This document shows positions 1-13,388 of a stretch of 64,000 nt of DNA, one piece after another (within the stretch, counting starts at the first letter, position 1; every line of letters begins with the position of its first letter). The DNA lies in assembly GCA_030704615.1 (NCBI GenBank), contig CM060732.1, positions 70,618,001-70,682,000 on the forward strand, in the 5' to 3' direction. The notes under the pieces were generated by a model, which ran no database searches, was not told the DNA's origin, and was given only the letters and a program-made list of their open reading frames with translations. The DNA is from Takakia lepidozioides (lineage: Eukaryota; Plantae; Bryophyta). A program made the position numbers and the translations under genes.

Positions 1-1228
1 GTGGAAAACATGACAAAATCTATAAAATCCTGTCATTTTTTAGTTTATTTCTGAAAAATGCCAAAAATAGGGCCCCACAATGAAGGGTGGGGTCTTGTCT
101 GATTGGCCCCAAATTTGTGCAAGGGTAGGTGGCTGGGTATTGTCCGGGTGAATTATCAAAATGACAAGTTTAAAGTTACAGGATTTTTATTAGGCGGGGT
201 CATTTTGTTTCCGAAAAAGTCAACAGACCCTGGGCCTTTAGGGGTTAATCCGGGGTTAATCATGGGTAGAATATATCAGGAGGAATAAAGTGATTTTTCC
301 CTGTGGATGTCCTGAAAATGACAAGTAGACACCAGACACTTGCTGCAAAACTCATTCCCTGGCCAAGGCCTTGTGGGATTTTTTGCATGCCCAAGATCCT
401 TTCTTGTCATGACAAGCCCTATCTCTCTCTCATTGTTTCCATTAGGCAGCTACGGCATCAAGCCGAGCTAGATGTAGCAGATGCACATGTGTCTATGCAC
501 ATTACAATGTCTCAAATGGAGGGTGAGTACAGATACAATCCCACAAAGAAAAAAACTGTCACTGCTAGAAAAACTTGGTATCTGGTGTAGGATTAGGGGT
601 GGGATTCGCAGATGCAAGCTCAATTTTGAAATGTCATTGCATTGCTTCACAGGACAAAGTGGCACAGGCTCTTGCTCTTGCTCTCAATGACTACAATCCA
701 CACCATTGAAAATCTCTGTGACTTAAGGTGCTATGTTCAGCAATCCCTTAATATCCACTCTAAGATGTCACCTTCAAAACAAGGGGTGAAATCTTACTGT
801 GGTTTCAATCAATCGAGTTTTTGGTGTGTTTTGCACAAACGGTAGTAGCCACATGACTAGAAAGAGCAATTTGCACAACGCAGAAAAGATGTCCTCCAAA
901 AATTAGTCTAGGCTCTCTGGACTTCTCTAGATCTGTACCTGCTGAGCTCCTCTCTGCTCTTTCCGAGGAACAAGATGAAACAAGAATCAGTTTTGTCACA
1001 CTCTGCAGAAGCCAAACTTGTCGAGAACACAGCTTTTGAGAACGGTTGTGGGCACCCAAGCCTCTGTTTGAAGTAACTGGTTTCCCAGAGGCAGTTTGTT
1101 CGAGGGGCCTTGTTTGAGAAGGCCCAGCTAGATGAATGAAGTCATATCAAACCAACCCATGCTGGTCCAATAGTTGCCGTCGACATTGCCTGAAGTTGAT
1201 GCTTTTGTCATAATACATACCCCAACAC

Positions 1229-4200
1229 CTATAATGTTGGCAGAACAGCATGTGGATATTTGCCAAGGGAGTTCCAGAATATGTAGTCTCCTGATACCAC
1301 CTGCATTACATCATGCCAAAACACCAGAAATAGCACAAACAATCCTCTCCTTATTATTTAGGTCTGGTACTTCCAATCGATAGCAACAAGTGAACATGGT
1401 TGACTCATCCATCCTCCCCTTGTGTCAGAAAAGTCAAGATTGGAATTCAAGGACCCAGCAGCTACCAACCAACCAGCACACATACAACGCAGAATCTATC
1501 ATGAAAAGCAAAGCAGGAGTGTAGATGAAGTGTCTGGATTTACCTGAGCAGAAAACTCACAAGGTGCCTTTACTGCAGGATAAACTGCAACCTGAATGCA
1601 ATAATGACAATTTCTTACACCCACCACCAAGATACAACTAGCTTCACTGGAGCTGCCATTCCATTTGTTGCACATACTTGACTTACATTGAATCTATCAA
1701 ATGATGACACCATGAAACTACTATATTGCCCATCCATATACAAAATACACCAGCCTGCAACTTCATGACGACTATCGCTGGGGAAGGCACGGATGGATGT
1801 GTCCTGGATATCAATGACAAGAGCAGTGCTGAATATATTGTTACCGTCTTTGGGTCAACAGAGATGCCCGACATAGTTCCCCCGACAAGCTTAAGTGAGG
1901 CCTGTATGGTTCATGGAGGGACAAAACAGCCACAATAGCACAGCCAAACCATCACTTTCCCATGCCAGCAGAATTAGAGATGCTGATTAGTTATGATCAA
2001 TCCACATTGGATTTTGTCAAAATGATAAATCCCTCTTGCATAGAGACTAGCAAACTGACAAAGACCTCCGGGAAAAGATAAACAGGCAGTTGCAAACAAG
2101 CAGATGATGGACAGATAGGAGAGACAGGCAAATGGAGACCGGAACCACACGACTGCAAGAGTGCAAGTACGGAAACACAAAGCAAGGACCCAGAGAGATT
2201 TACTTTTGCGTAGCTATATGCCTCCCAACATAGAGGTTCCTCCCACTTAGCTGCCTGAAGACCTGTGTCTCCTTTCATAATATTGTCACTGTTGTGCAAA
2301 TCCATCTCAGCATCACTTTCTTCCTCCCTTGATGCATCACTGCCAAATGTGCTCTTCATACGACCAGCCAGATTAGGAGCAAACTTAACTGTTCCTGGGA
2401 ACGTAACCTCTGTGCTTTTGGATGCCATCCCCCTTCCACTCAAAACAATCTTCCATTCAATAGAATGCTCTGTTGTGGAAAGAGTGCCTACAGAGGGGTT
2501 CCCATCCACTGCAATAATCCTGCGTCGAGGGAATGGTATGGACAGTGAGCATTGCTCCATGGTCATAGGTGCCTTGTATCCCTCCATCATTCTCATTCGA
2601 ATCAGAAATGCCCCTTCGTCTTCAGACACCATTGAGAGCTGATAGAACCCATGTAGAGGAGGCCGAATGGCTGATGGCAAAGCCGTGTAGCGGGCGAGCA
2701 CAAAGTTGCCCAAGGGAGGCGAAAACGTAATCGTCTGCTTATCCACTCCTTGCTCAGGTGAGAGAGCACATGGATGGAATGTGAGAGCATCAAAGTGGGA
2801 AGAAGACGGACAATGGAGTGGAAGTGTACAGTCCGGTAGACCTTCCAAATCTGCCCGACACAACAACTGGCCCACCAACGATATGGAGTCCTCTACATCA
2901 TCCCGATCATACAAAGCCGCAGTCACCACTTCATGCACTGTAAACAACATTCGCTGCTTTCCTCTGTACAGATAAGGCTTCCACGCTGGTTGTTTTAGGT
3001 CTGAGGGCGGCACATCCAATGCTGAGAATCCGTTGGACCTCACTGCTGTGACATTGACTGGGTTCAGATCCAGTGGAGTCCCTGGCATGCATCACATTCC
3101 CTGAGTTATTAAACCATAATTACTGACCACAGTACAGGTATTGCTCACTCCTATCATAAACTGGAGGTCATCATCCAACTTCGTCAGTGCTGGGCTGCCA
3201 CGTTTCAGTTACTTGCTTTGCTTGGGTCGTGCCATAAAGGGTGAGTGACGTTCTTGCTTTTCCCTCAAGCAACACAAGCACAATTAGCGTGGAGTTGGCT
3301 TGCACAACAATTGAAGGAAGTGACAGTCTAAGAATGTACTCACCAAACGGCATTGCACTGCTGATGAAGCTGCGTAAGGCCTCCTTGTCTGCCGACTTCA
3401 AATTGACCTTGCCCCCTGATCCTGTTATAGCAGAGGTCGCTGTGGCAGCTGCAGCAGCGACTGCATTTGCCGCAGCTGCTACTGGCACTGCCACAGGCTT
3501 TGCACGAGCTGCGATGCCAGAAATCCCCATGCCCATGCCCCCAGTCAAACTGTCCAAAAGGCCTCCCATGGTGGGTGCAGCAGCAGTGAACATTTCTGGT
3601 TCAAACACTTCCCCACTCACCACATCTCCTAGAGTTTGTGCCACAGCCAAGGCCCTGCAGAAGACAGCGCCTCAGCACCATTTCTCACTTTCAAATTCCA
3701 GACATTACCTCACAACACCCAACAAAGTCCCATGAAGACCCACCATATGCCAGTCACTTTCTTTAAGCCAGAAAAAAGAGATCTCACAATGGTCTGTCCA
3801 ACCATTAGGTTGACCCTGCCTTGTACAGAGCATAACTGCACATGAGGCATGCAGATACAAGCCACTGAGTCTTGATAAGATAGTAGTCATCCCCCTGATC
3901 TCTACTCTTGTGCAAAGTGCCAAACAAAAACCTGAAAACCAGTGCTACATCATGACGAGACATCAACTTTTTCAGTAGATGCCTAACACTTATTAACCAT
4001 ATATTTCAAGGACAAATGTGTGCACCACTCAGTAGCAGGGGATCCTATACAATAGAGAAAATGAAGAAAGGCTGATTTGGAAAACCTACACTCATTACCC
4101 AATGATGCAGGGCAAGTCCAGCATAAGTGCAGACAAACTGTGATCAGAGGCAGCATCCCCACAGTCAGAGCGCCAGCACAATTCATGATAAGCAGTCAGG

Positions 4201-5431
4201 TGGTGTGGCTCCACCAGTGGCAGCACCAGAATGAGGGCCTTTCCCCGCCTGTGTTCCACTACTGGCCACAACAGTGCAGCTTCCTCCTTTGTTGTTACCT
4301 GGAGGCTCATAACATGACGTGTGATTGTATCATCCACCCAGCTGTCTGACCCCTCCTGTGACACTGCTTCACGAATCCCACGCCCTAGCTCGGACTCTTC
4401 TCTGCCCATGCCATCAAGCCATTGACATCACGTCCATTGCTCCACATACAATATTTCCATTCTCTTACTGTCCCGCAAGGTCAGATACAAGAACTTGAGA
4501 TGCTTCTATCAGACACCACATTCACAAGCATCAATACACCACAGGAAACATTGTATGTATGGCAATATATAGAGTTCCACTAAAAATCATCAAAACCCCC
4601 TGGGACAGCAGCTTTTAAGGAATCAAATGTTGGTTGGTTGAGAGGATTCCTATCAACTGCCATGAGACTCTTATTACTCCAGCCTGCAAACTGCAGGCCT
4701 TGAGAAGACCAAAGGAGCATGTACCAAGGGGCACATTACCTATTTACCCTCCAATACTTGAAGCAAACAACTACCCTGCTCAGAAGGAGACCAGCTCAGC
4801 AGCTCTATTTTACAATCCAGCTGCAATTCTAGAGACACACAAAGCAAAGGCTGATGTAACTCTAGTTTCTCCTCACAGATCCCCATTAGCTTTTTTTGCA
4901 TTCCAGCAAGATCCCCAGTACCAAAGTCATGAGGTAGTTCCTCTCAATCAAACTAAAAAACAATTTAGCTTGTACCTCCTAAGTTTCAATCTTCCCCTGC
5001 TCTGCAATGTGATACTCATCACTGCGTAAGATGCCAACACCTTAGAATAGGGATCATATGGTTACATAAGAACCAGGCAGCAGACCTGCGCTTGCGCTCA
5101 ACAAAAGCCTGGGCAACTTGTGCATCGAAGGGGATAGCCTGGTAGCGCACCCCAGCTTGCCTCTCACATGCCTGCTTCCATTGCCTTTCCACTGTCGGAA
5201 ACCGCCTGCCCTTCCTCATTCAACATGCCACGGCTGAAGTGTCAAACAAAATTGAGATGGTTGAAGGGACTTGTTTACGGAAGATGACCCACGAGGGAAC
5301 ATAAAAACAAAGCAAGCACAAATTCACATAAGCAAATGCTTAACAGATGTAGGAAGGATCAAGCACCTGGAGAAGACAACGTTGAAGTGATGATTAAGAA
5401 TCCAGAGAGCTCGAATGTTGCACCCCCGCAT
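1229..5431 (-). CDS. AP5M1: AP-5 adaptor complex subunit mu; 8 exons: 5367-5431, 5086-5205, 4099-4401, 3344-3654, 2204-3081, 1845-1901, 1544-1591, 1229-1300
   Basis: The spliced product runs MRGCNIRALWILN..FSRRFPTVE..GSDSWVDDTITRH..LVLPLVEP..AMPFGTPLDL..KQPAWKPYLYRGKQR..PPLGNFVL..GFYQLSMVSEDEGAFL..EEPLCWEAYSYAK..EFSAQVVSGDYIFWNSLGK. This follows plant AP5M proteins as I recall them. All introns are GT-AG with compatible phases. Confidence 0.93.
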
Positions 5432-5908
5432 GGCTGTTACTTCTGCCCCTCTCCTATGGGCTCAAACATGTTCCGAGCTTCCGGAATGTAGCCCAGTGGT
5501 TAGGGTACAGTGTGATCCTGGGGTCGAAATTCAAACGAAACATAAATGAAGCCCAAATGATCAGAATGCTTCAGTGTCAGCTTACCTTCACGAGGCGCCC
5601 TGTCTTTCCTCGCCGATGTAGGCCGGTTTGTTGTTTGAGACCCTTTGTTTTCCCAGAAGCTCTTCAAACTGTTTATGTACATTCTAAAGTTCCTTGCTAA
5701 CGAAGAAGACCCAATTCGCTGTTTCAGAAGACTTAGGCCATTTTCTCTTCAGACACAGACTCAACAGACCTTCTGCCCCAAAATGACCGTCGCCCATTCT
5801 CATATTCACCAAGCAGCGCAGGGATAGCTCTCAGTACACGTTATCTTTGGAAGATATGTGGGATAATCCATCGCAGAGGGATGATCACTTCCTAACGTCT
5901 AACTACTT

Positions 5909-6798
5909 ATCCTTCACATTCTCACCAAGGCTTTCGTGACTTTCATTTTTCGCCCACCCTCCAGATCTAGGCAAGCAGATAAGCTTCATTTGGGTTTGCC
6001 CAGGTTGCACCATTCATGTAATGGAGACAGATTTTCTCCTACCCTGTACGTTGTGAGATAAGAGGAACATAACAGTCCTTCAGATATTGGACACTTTAAA
6101 AGAACTCAGAAGACCAGAATGCTTGGCAACTTAGTACCTTCACGATGCACTCGATCTTTCGAGCACCGCTTTCACTGGCCTTGTTTTGAACTCCTGGCGT
6201 CCCCTCTGCTGCTCGCCCTCAAAGCATGAAGGAGGATTTGTGAGTTGGGCTCAATGAGAGAGATAAAAGAAAGCGAGAGACAAAGTTGCGGATCGTGTGT
6301 AAGTTAGGTGAGCAAGCCACAGTCGTATGGAAAAATGTGATGTCACTGTTTGTGTTGAGATTCACGAGTACGCTTCAACTAGGACCACTCTAGATTGCTC
6401 AGACTGAAGAAGACTAATTTGGTGACTAGAGTGGTCCTAGATGAAGCCTACACCTGAACTACAAACATTCTTCCATGGACTACCCACTTTGTCTCTTGCT
6501 TTCTTTACGCTAGTTGTATATTCCTTAGGAGACAATTTTCATTTGGGAGGGGATTGAAGCTTCAAACAGGCCGACCTTCCCGTGTTACATTGACCAACTT
6601 CATTTGAATTCATTATGCAATTCAGACTTTCTTCCCAGCATGGAATCATGCTTATCTGCTCAACAGATTTGTCTTTCTGAACCAGTAACCGGGACTCTAT
6701 TGGATTTCTTTGTGGCTGATAATTTTCCCAAATTTCAAAATCTCTGCTAAATGCCTAGCCTACTATATAGGTATACTGTGTTGCGGTACAGGGAGAGA
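5909..6798 (+). repeat. ~0.85-kb direct repeat, copy 1 (copy 2 at 12572-13388)
   Basis: Both copies start atccttcacattctcacca and end gttgcggtacagggagaga, and are colinear with small indels. Confidence 0.9.
6266..6506. ncRNA. Long fold-back, candidate pre-miRNA/hairpin RNA (second copy 12912-13141)
   Basis: Outer 21-bp stem 6266-6286/6486-6506 (one G:U; perfect in copy 2). Inner 22-bp stem 6372-6393/6426-6447 (one mismatch). Intermediate pairings include tgtttgt/acaaaca. Confidence 0.45.
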
Positions 6799-7424
6799 CT
6801 ACTTGGTCGCGGTAGTCTTCTGGTCGTGGATCCAGTGGCAAGAGTGAACAGTGAACAGCTTGTGAGGGGCTTACTCCAGAAGCGGGATTTAGCTTGACAT
6901 TTAAACAACGTGTTAGGGTTTTCCAGATCTCCCTTCGCACAAGCATCAATGTCATCTACCCAGCAGTAAGACCCAGGGCTTTTTAGGCTAAGCCACGAGA
7001 TTTTGGAAGTTGGTGAACCGAGGTGCAGGGACGATGTACTCGATGGTCATGGAGAGGGTCTCTTTCTCTCTCTGTGTGCCATAAGTCACCTGTAAGTAGA
7101 CAATGGTGGCTTTGCAGGTGACAAAGGTTTTTTTCACACATGGGCCCGTGAGGTGGCTGCCCGTGAGGTGGACACAAATACAAACACTCCACATGAGCAA
7201 CCTCCCAAGATTAGGTAAGTAGGTAGAATGGGAACCAAAGAAAAAGAGGGGGACGACTGACCTTACGAGGCTCTTATCCGTTCACAACGACGAGGGGGTG
7301 ACGTGCGACCCGTGTTGGTCTGGACCCAGAGATCCTTGTCATACTTTCCATGTTTTGTACAGCTTGCATAGAGGCATCGCACATTGCTAGTTGGTTTGAT
7401 GGTTGAGTTCTTTGTGACTGAGGA

Positions 7425-10400
7425 ATGGCGCCAGCTGGGGTCCTGCCGGATGCTCGGATATTTGGTTCAGTGAAGGAACTGTCAGAGACGAAGCAGGTTC
7501 CCTCCATCTTCAAAAGGAAGTCGCTAGAGGAGAGCTTCATCAGTGCGGGTCAGCGGTCCATACCTGTGATAGATTTGGCAGGGCTAGAAGGTGATGGCCG
7601 TGCCTCAGTCCTGGAGGAGATTAGATGTGCGACGGAGGAATGGGGATTTTTCCAGGTACACAATTGTAGAGAACAGAGGTAGCTTCTTGGATGTGTCGAT
7701 CTTCCCTCTTGTTCCGCCTAAACTAGGGGCGGGGTCCATGGCCACAAGGCTAAGGTCAGAATATCTCTTCGCGCAATCAATGAACTCCTGAAGATTGGAT
7801 GGAGTCTCTCCAGATAGAATGTACTCTTGAGACTAACGTCAGTAAATGCGCAGTGGTGACATTCAACGACCCGCGCGGGGAGGGAAGAGGCGACCTCAAG
7901 TGGCAGTGGGAAAGCCAAGAGATACATGTCCTCCCTTCCTACACATACCTTGGCGTTGAGTTTCCTCCAACTGTAATTGGGAAGCGAAAATTCAGAAAGT
8001 GATTCAATCTGGCAAGCGCAAAGCGTTGGGTCTCACTAAATTCTTAGTTAAACATTTGGATCCCTCTGAAGTGAAAAAACCATGCTTAGTCGAGTTATTA
8101 GGCCTATCTTAGAGTACGCATCTGCTGTGTGGGTTGATAACTGCAACCAGGCTAAGTCTCTAGAATCCATTCAAGTGGGGATGCTCAAGGAGTCATGTCA
8201 GCATGCTCCAACCAAAACAGCTAATGTGGCTGTTCGGGGTGAGTTTGGCATTCCTCCCTTAAGCTCCCTACGCGATGATTTCAAGGTCAGATGGTGGGGT
8301 CAGCTGCAACGTATGACTAATACCAGCTGTCCTAAGTTAATCGACTGTATATCTTGGAAGCAGAGCGCCCTGTCAACGAGGCTTAGTCCTGGCGGAAGAG
8401 GGTAAAGGAGATGTTCAACGATCTGAATCTAAGTTTGCAAGCCATGAATATGACTTAGAGGCTGACGTTTCCAAAGCCATGTCTGTTGCCCGGAAATTGT
8501 CCGATGAAAATGAATGTACGCAGAAAACTTCCCTGCACCTGTTTCCAGTCTGTGACATGTGTGAGGCCATCATGGATGACCTCGTTACCCACTCTCGGCA
8601 CTAGACTGACACTCAGGGCGGGTAGCCTACCTTTGAACAGCAAACAGAAACAGAAAGGAAAGCGGGATTGTAAGTGCCCGTCGGGTGGGCAACCTGAAGA
8701 TAATATCCACTTTCTGATTCTTTGACTTGGGTACTCTCACCAGAGAGAGACCCTCTTCAATTCCATCAAGGGATTTGTTCTTGTACCTCTGTTTACCAAC
8801 TTTCGAAATCTTGTGGCTGAGCCAAAAGCCCATGCCCTTTTGGGGTATAGTTATTGGGCAAATCACACACCACAGATTGATGTTTCTGTGAAGGGATTTC
8901 TAGAGGATATCTGTAAAACTTGTGTTTGAAGGTAAGTCATACTACTGGTGTCAGCCCCTGACCAAGGTAGTTTCTGTCCCTTTCTATTACAGTCAAACTG
9001 GGCGCAGAGTCAATGGCCACAAGGCTACAGCAAACAACGTCTTATGAGTACATTTGAAGTGAGCTGGATAGGAAAGGTGAAGATGTTCTGTCTCTCATGG
9101 ACTGTACATGGCTTGAGGATGCAAAATCTCTGAAATTTCTAGCGTCACTGGAACACTCCACTCAAATATGAAATGAATTGTCCACATTGTCCATTCGCAT
9201 TCTTATGGGGCTAGTACAATTGCAACATTCTCTAAAGTCCGCAGGGAAATACCTTACTTACCTTTCTTACTTGATAGTTATAGGATGTAGTGAATGGACT
9301 TTTCCAACTGGAAAGGAGAGAGCGAATGAGTCATTGCCCTTGCTCAAAGGTTGCTCTCTTAGTTTGACAATTGATGGCCTTTCACATTTCCTCCAGAGTA
9401 AGTAGCAAGAGACCTATGATTTTCAGAGTATACTTCTCGCATTTGCCACAATCTTTTGGATCCGTGAGGTTGATTGTCCTATCTGGATTTGTGTTGTTGG
9501 TGGGATCAATACATATAAGGTGGTGAATCATGGTGTTCCCCTGGCACTGCTCGATGATATTTTGCGGGCAGATAAACAATTCTTTGAGCTGCCTCTTGAG
9601 GAAAAGCTGAAGTACTCGCCTGCGGACAAATCACCTAAAGTTAACTATGGCTCCGGCTCTGCCATCAATGCGGGCAGTCTTTTGCCATGGAAAGATTATC
9701 TTAGCATTGTGTGTTTCCCTGCACCAGAGGTGGAGAAGTGGCCCACAGAGCCTTCAACATTCAAGTAGGTGACCAACATTAGTTTCTTGTATCCTTGTTT
9801 ACTTGCCTGTGTTTTGGCAACATTGTTGTAGATTCAAGGAAAGGCGGGTCTTATAGGTATCGTAAGCACTCCTTTCCCAAAACCTCAACCTTTGAACTTG
9901 CGAGTCTATGTATTGGAGCTTTAATGTCCTCCTTCTGAATTTTTGGGCCTTTCACACAGCAGTCTTGCAATGGGGGTTGTCTATTGTGTCTTAAATGTTG
10001 CGAGGGGGTCTTCAGTTATATAAGCCCATGAGGAGTTGTTGTACTCGTCTCTCTGGAACTTCTACGTTTCTAGTAATCTGTGTGTCTATCCCAAAAGATT
10101 GCAATTCTGTAACTCTAGATTTGACCCATTGCACTCCTTTCCCAAAACCTCAACCTTTGAACTTGCGTGTCTATGTATTGGAGCTTTAATATCCTCCTTC
10201 TGAATTTGGGCCTTTGACACAGCAGTCTTGCAATGGGGGTTGTCTATTGTGTCTTAAATGTTGAGAGGGGGTCTTCAGTTACATAAGCCCATGAAGAGTT
10301 GTGCCCATACAATTGTACTCGTCTCTCTGTAACTTCTACGTTTCTAGTAATCTGTGTGTCTATCCCAGAAGATTGCAATTCTGTAACTCTAGATTTGACC

Positions 10401-11419
10401 CATTGCACATTTGTATCCATGAGATAGGAAACGGAGAGGTGCAACAGGGGTGTGAAAGGGCTGATCCATTTTTTGGCAATCTGTTGCACTAACAGAGATC
10501 TCAATTTGGAGTACGACAAGCAAGTGAAACTTCTGAGTGATAAGCTCCTTTGTGCTCTGTCAGAGTCTCTTGGGCTAAGCTCAGAATTCCTCGGCCTTGC
10601 CGCAACTGGAGTACGATTCACATTAGCAAATTATTATCCACCGTGTCCAGAGCCGGAAGCTGTCCTTGGGGCACCACCCCATTCGGACCCTTTGCTTCTC
10701 ACTATCCTATTGCAAGACCAGATAGGAGGTCTGGAAGTGTGTGACAAGCATGGTGGATGGGTTCGGGTTCAACCTTTGCCACATGCTCTGGTGATCAACA
10801 TGGGTGACCAAATGGAGGTAGACTTTTCCCCCCTTGAGAACAACATTACATTTGAGGGTTTTTTTATTCACTGTACTATTTCAAGATATTGACATACATG
10901 TGTTGGAAAATAAGGAACACTCATGTTGGTTACCGCTGGGTATATCCAAGCAATTGTGGAAGCAGAGAGAGGGAAAGAAGGATGTTGAGAGGTTGTTTTT
11001 CATATTCTTGTGGTCATAGACCGCGCCCAGATTGACCGCGGGGACTACTAAGTGGGAAAGCAAGACATAGATCGATAATAAACAAAGGGCTTGAGGTAGA
11101 GGAGAGGACAACAAATGGCTCACTGCAAGATTCTGCCTGATCATAAAACATGCAGATATTAACCAATGGCAAGTATAAGAGCATCGAGCACCGAGTTTTG
11201 GTGAACTCAGAGAAGGCGCGCCTATCTTTGGCCACCTTCTTTGGTCCCTCAACAACTGCAAGAATTGCTCCTGCTTCAAAATTAGTAGCTCGGGATGGGG
11301 CTTCCTACAGGGAAACCATCTTTGAGGATTATATGGCAAGGTTCAGGACATCTGGAGCTAATGGAAAACAGTATATGGAGGAGATGAAGCTCTCCGAGCC
11401 ATTTTCCCCCACTGCCTGA
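7425..11419 (+). CDS. 2-oxoglutarate/Fe(II)-dependent dioxygenase (DOXC class); exons 7425-7655, 9520-9764, 10496-10817, 11156-11419
   Basis: IPVIDL..EEWGFFQ|VVNHGVP (DIOX_N), NYYPPCPEP, HSD..H iron triad, NMGDQME|ILTNGKYKSIEHR, and the RLS 2OG-binding motif. The three-intron layout has compatible phases. Confidence 0.93.
7700..9052 (+). mobile_element. 5'-truncated, frameshifted non-LTR retrotransposon (CR1/L2/RTEX-like) in dioxygenase intron 1, with a short inverted 5' piece
   Basis: LETNVSKCAVV..YTYLGVEF (RT C-terminus), RPILEYASAVW, TANVAVRGEFG, LRAGSLPL..HFL. It is the same family as 37881-38897 and 44297-45190. Confidence 0.85.
9866..10408 (+). repeat. Tandem duplication of ~265-278 bp in dioxygenase intron 2 (9866-10130 / 10131-10408)
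   Basis: Both units begin gcactcctttcccaaaacctcaacc and end ctagatttgacccatt. Confidence 0.9.
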
Positions 11420-11609
11420 ATGAAACATGGCTGCTCGTTGTGGAGTCGGCACATATTGAAGAGTTGAAGCTTTCAATGTAGCACTTCCGCAGCACTTTCG
11501 AGCAGCCTGGTGGTCCATGATTCTGCTCAGGTGAGAAGTCTTTGGGGTGACTGCATGTCCTTCATGTCACTATCCATTGAGAAAATAGTACCGGTAAGTC
11601 ACTCTTATG

Positions 11610-12565
11610 AACTTTCAAGTTCTTTCAAGAGTAGGGCAATGAAATGGAGGAAGTGAGGATGAGTGGGAAAGACCCAGAAATAAACTAGGTGGGTGACCTG
11701 GAAATAACTCTATATGTTATGGGCTTACTGCCACACTCTCTTTTGAAGAGTGTAGTGATGTTATGCCTAATATGGTGTATGGGTAGTAAGATGAAGTGGT
11801 TCTGGGATTGTCAGGCCACACTTGAATTGACTTTCAAGATTGGATGCTTACAATGAGTTGCCAGAATTACAAACACACTTGCTGCATTACAACAATTAGG
11901 GATATTCCCAAAGCCACGCTTCTTTTTCACTTTGTAAGACTCACTTTGTAAACTGGCAGATGCGTATATGATGGTGGCTTTAGGTTAGATACATAGCATG
12001 GACACATGTTGTTGATGTTCATAAAGTTTCATACTTTGTGTGTGAAAGTTCTATGTCAATACAGATTCCCTTTTGTGTGGAAAGTGAGTGACAGGGTGAC
12101 AGACTGCGCCGCTTTCACAATTTTCTCCAAGACGCAATTCTTAAGAATTACAAGGCCAGCTCCTGCCTTTCTATTTTATATATATATATATATATATAAT
12201 GCATCTATCTAACCTACATTATCATTGAAGAGAGGACACAATTCCAAAACTTTCAAGAACAGGGCAACGAAATGGAGAGAAGTTAGGATGAGTGAAAAAG
12301 ACCATGTGGGTGACCTGCAAATAACTCTGTATATGTTATGGGCTTACTGCCACACTCTCCTTTTAAGAGTGTAGTGATATTATGCCTAACATTGTGTATT
12401 GGTAGTAAGATCTGAAGTGGTTCTGGATTGTCATGCCACACTTGAATTGACTTTCAAGATTGGATGCTTACAATGAATTGCTAGAATTAAACTACAAACA
12501 CACTTGTGGGTAGGCCATTCAGGTAAGAGGGGGATAATCTGTTGCATTACAACAGTTAGGGATAT
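11610..12565 (+). repeat. ~300-bp direct duplication downstream of the dioxygenase (about 11610-11910 / 12250-12565), with a (TA)n tract between the copies
   Basis: Shared agggcaa..gaaatggag..gggtgacctg..atgggcttactgccacac..gccacacttgaattgactttcaagattgg. Confidence 0.85.
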
Positions 12566-12571
12566 TCACGA

Positions 12572-13388
12572 ATCCTTCACATTCTCACCAGGGCTTTGTG
12601 TGACATTCATTTTTTCGCCCACCCTCCAGATCTAGGCAAGCAGATAAGCTTCATTTGGGTTTGCCCAGGTTGCACCATTCATGTAATGGAGACAGATTTT
12701 CTCCTACCCTGTACATTAGAGGAACATAACAGTCCTTCAGATATTGGACGCTTGACCGACACGCCCAGAAGACCATAATGTTTGGCAACTTACCTTCACA
12801 CGATCTGAGCAGTGCTTTCACTGGCCTTGTTTTGAATTCCTGGCGTCCCCTCTGCTGCTCGCCCTCAAAACAGAAAGGAGTATTTGTGAGTTGGGCTCAA
12901 TGAGAGAGATAAAAGAAAGCGAGAGACAAAGTTGCGGATCATGTGTAAGTTAGGTGAGCAAGCCACAGTCGTATGTCACTGTTTGTGTTGAGATGCACGA
13001 GTACGCTTCAACTAGGACCACTCTAGATTGCTCAGACTGAAGAAGAGTTATTTGGTGACTATAGTGGTCCTAGATGAAGCCTACACCTGAACTACAAACA
13101 TTCTTCCATGACGACTACCCACTTTGTCTCTCGCTTTCTTTACGCTAGTCATCTTCTTGACATGTATATTCCTTAGGAGACAATTTTCATTTGGGAGGGG
13201 ATTGAAGCTCAAACAGGCCGACCTTCCCGTGTTACATTGACCAACTTCATATGAATTCCTTCTGCAATTCAGACCTTCTTCCCAGCATGGAATCATGCTT
13301 ATCTGCTCACCATAACCGGGACTCTACCATTGGATTTCAAAAGTTCAGCCTACTATATAGGTATACTGTGTTGCGGTACAGGGAGAGA
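12572..13388 (+). repeat. ~0.82-kb direct repeat, copy 2, including the second hairpin copy
   Basis: Colinear with 5909-6798. Confidence 0.9.

Noticed and set aside
2265-3735. Plus-strand ORFs of 89-164 aa, and similar short ORFs elsewhere
   Set aside because: They are antisense shadows of AP5M1, transposase or TnpA exons and have no independent motifs.
5909-13388. Flanking direct repeats as LTRs of a retroelement that captured the dioxygenase
   Set aside because: There are no TG..CA ends, PBS, PPT or TSD, and the gene keeps its introns.
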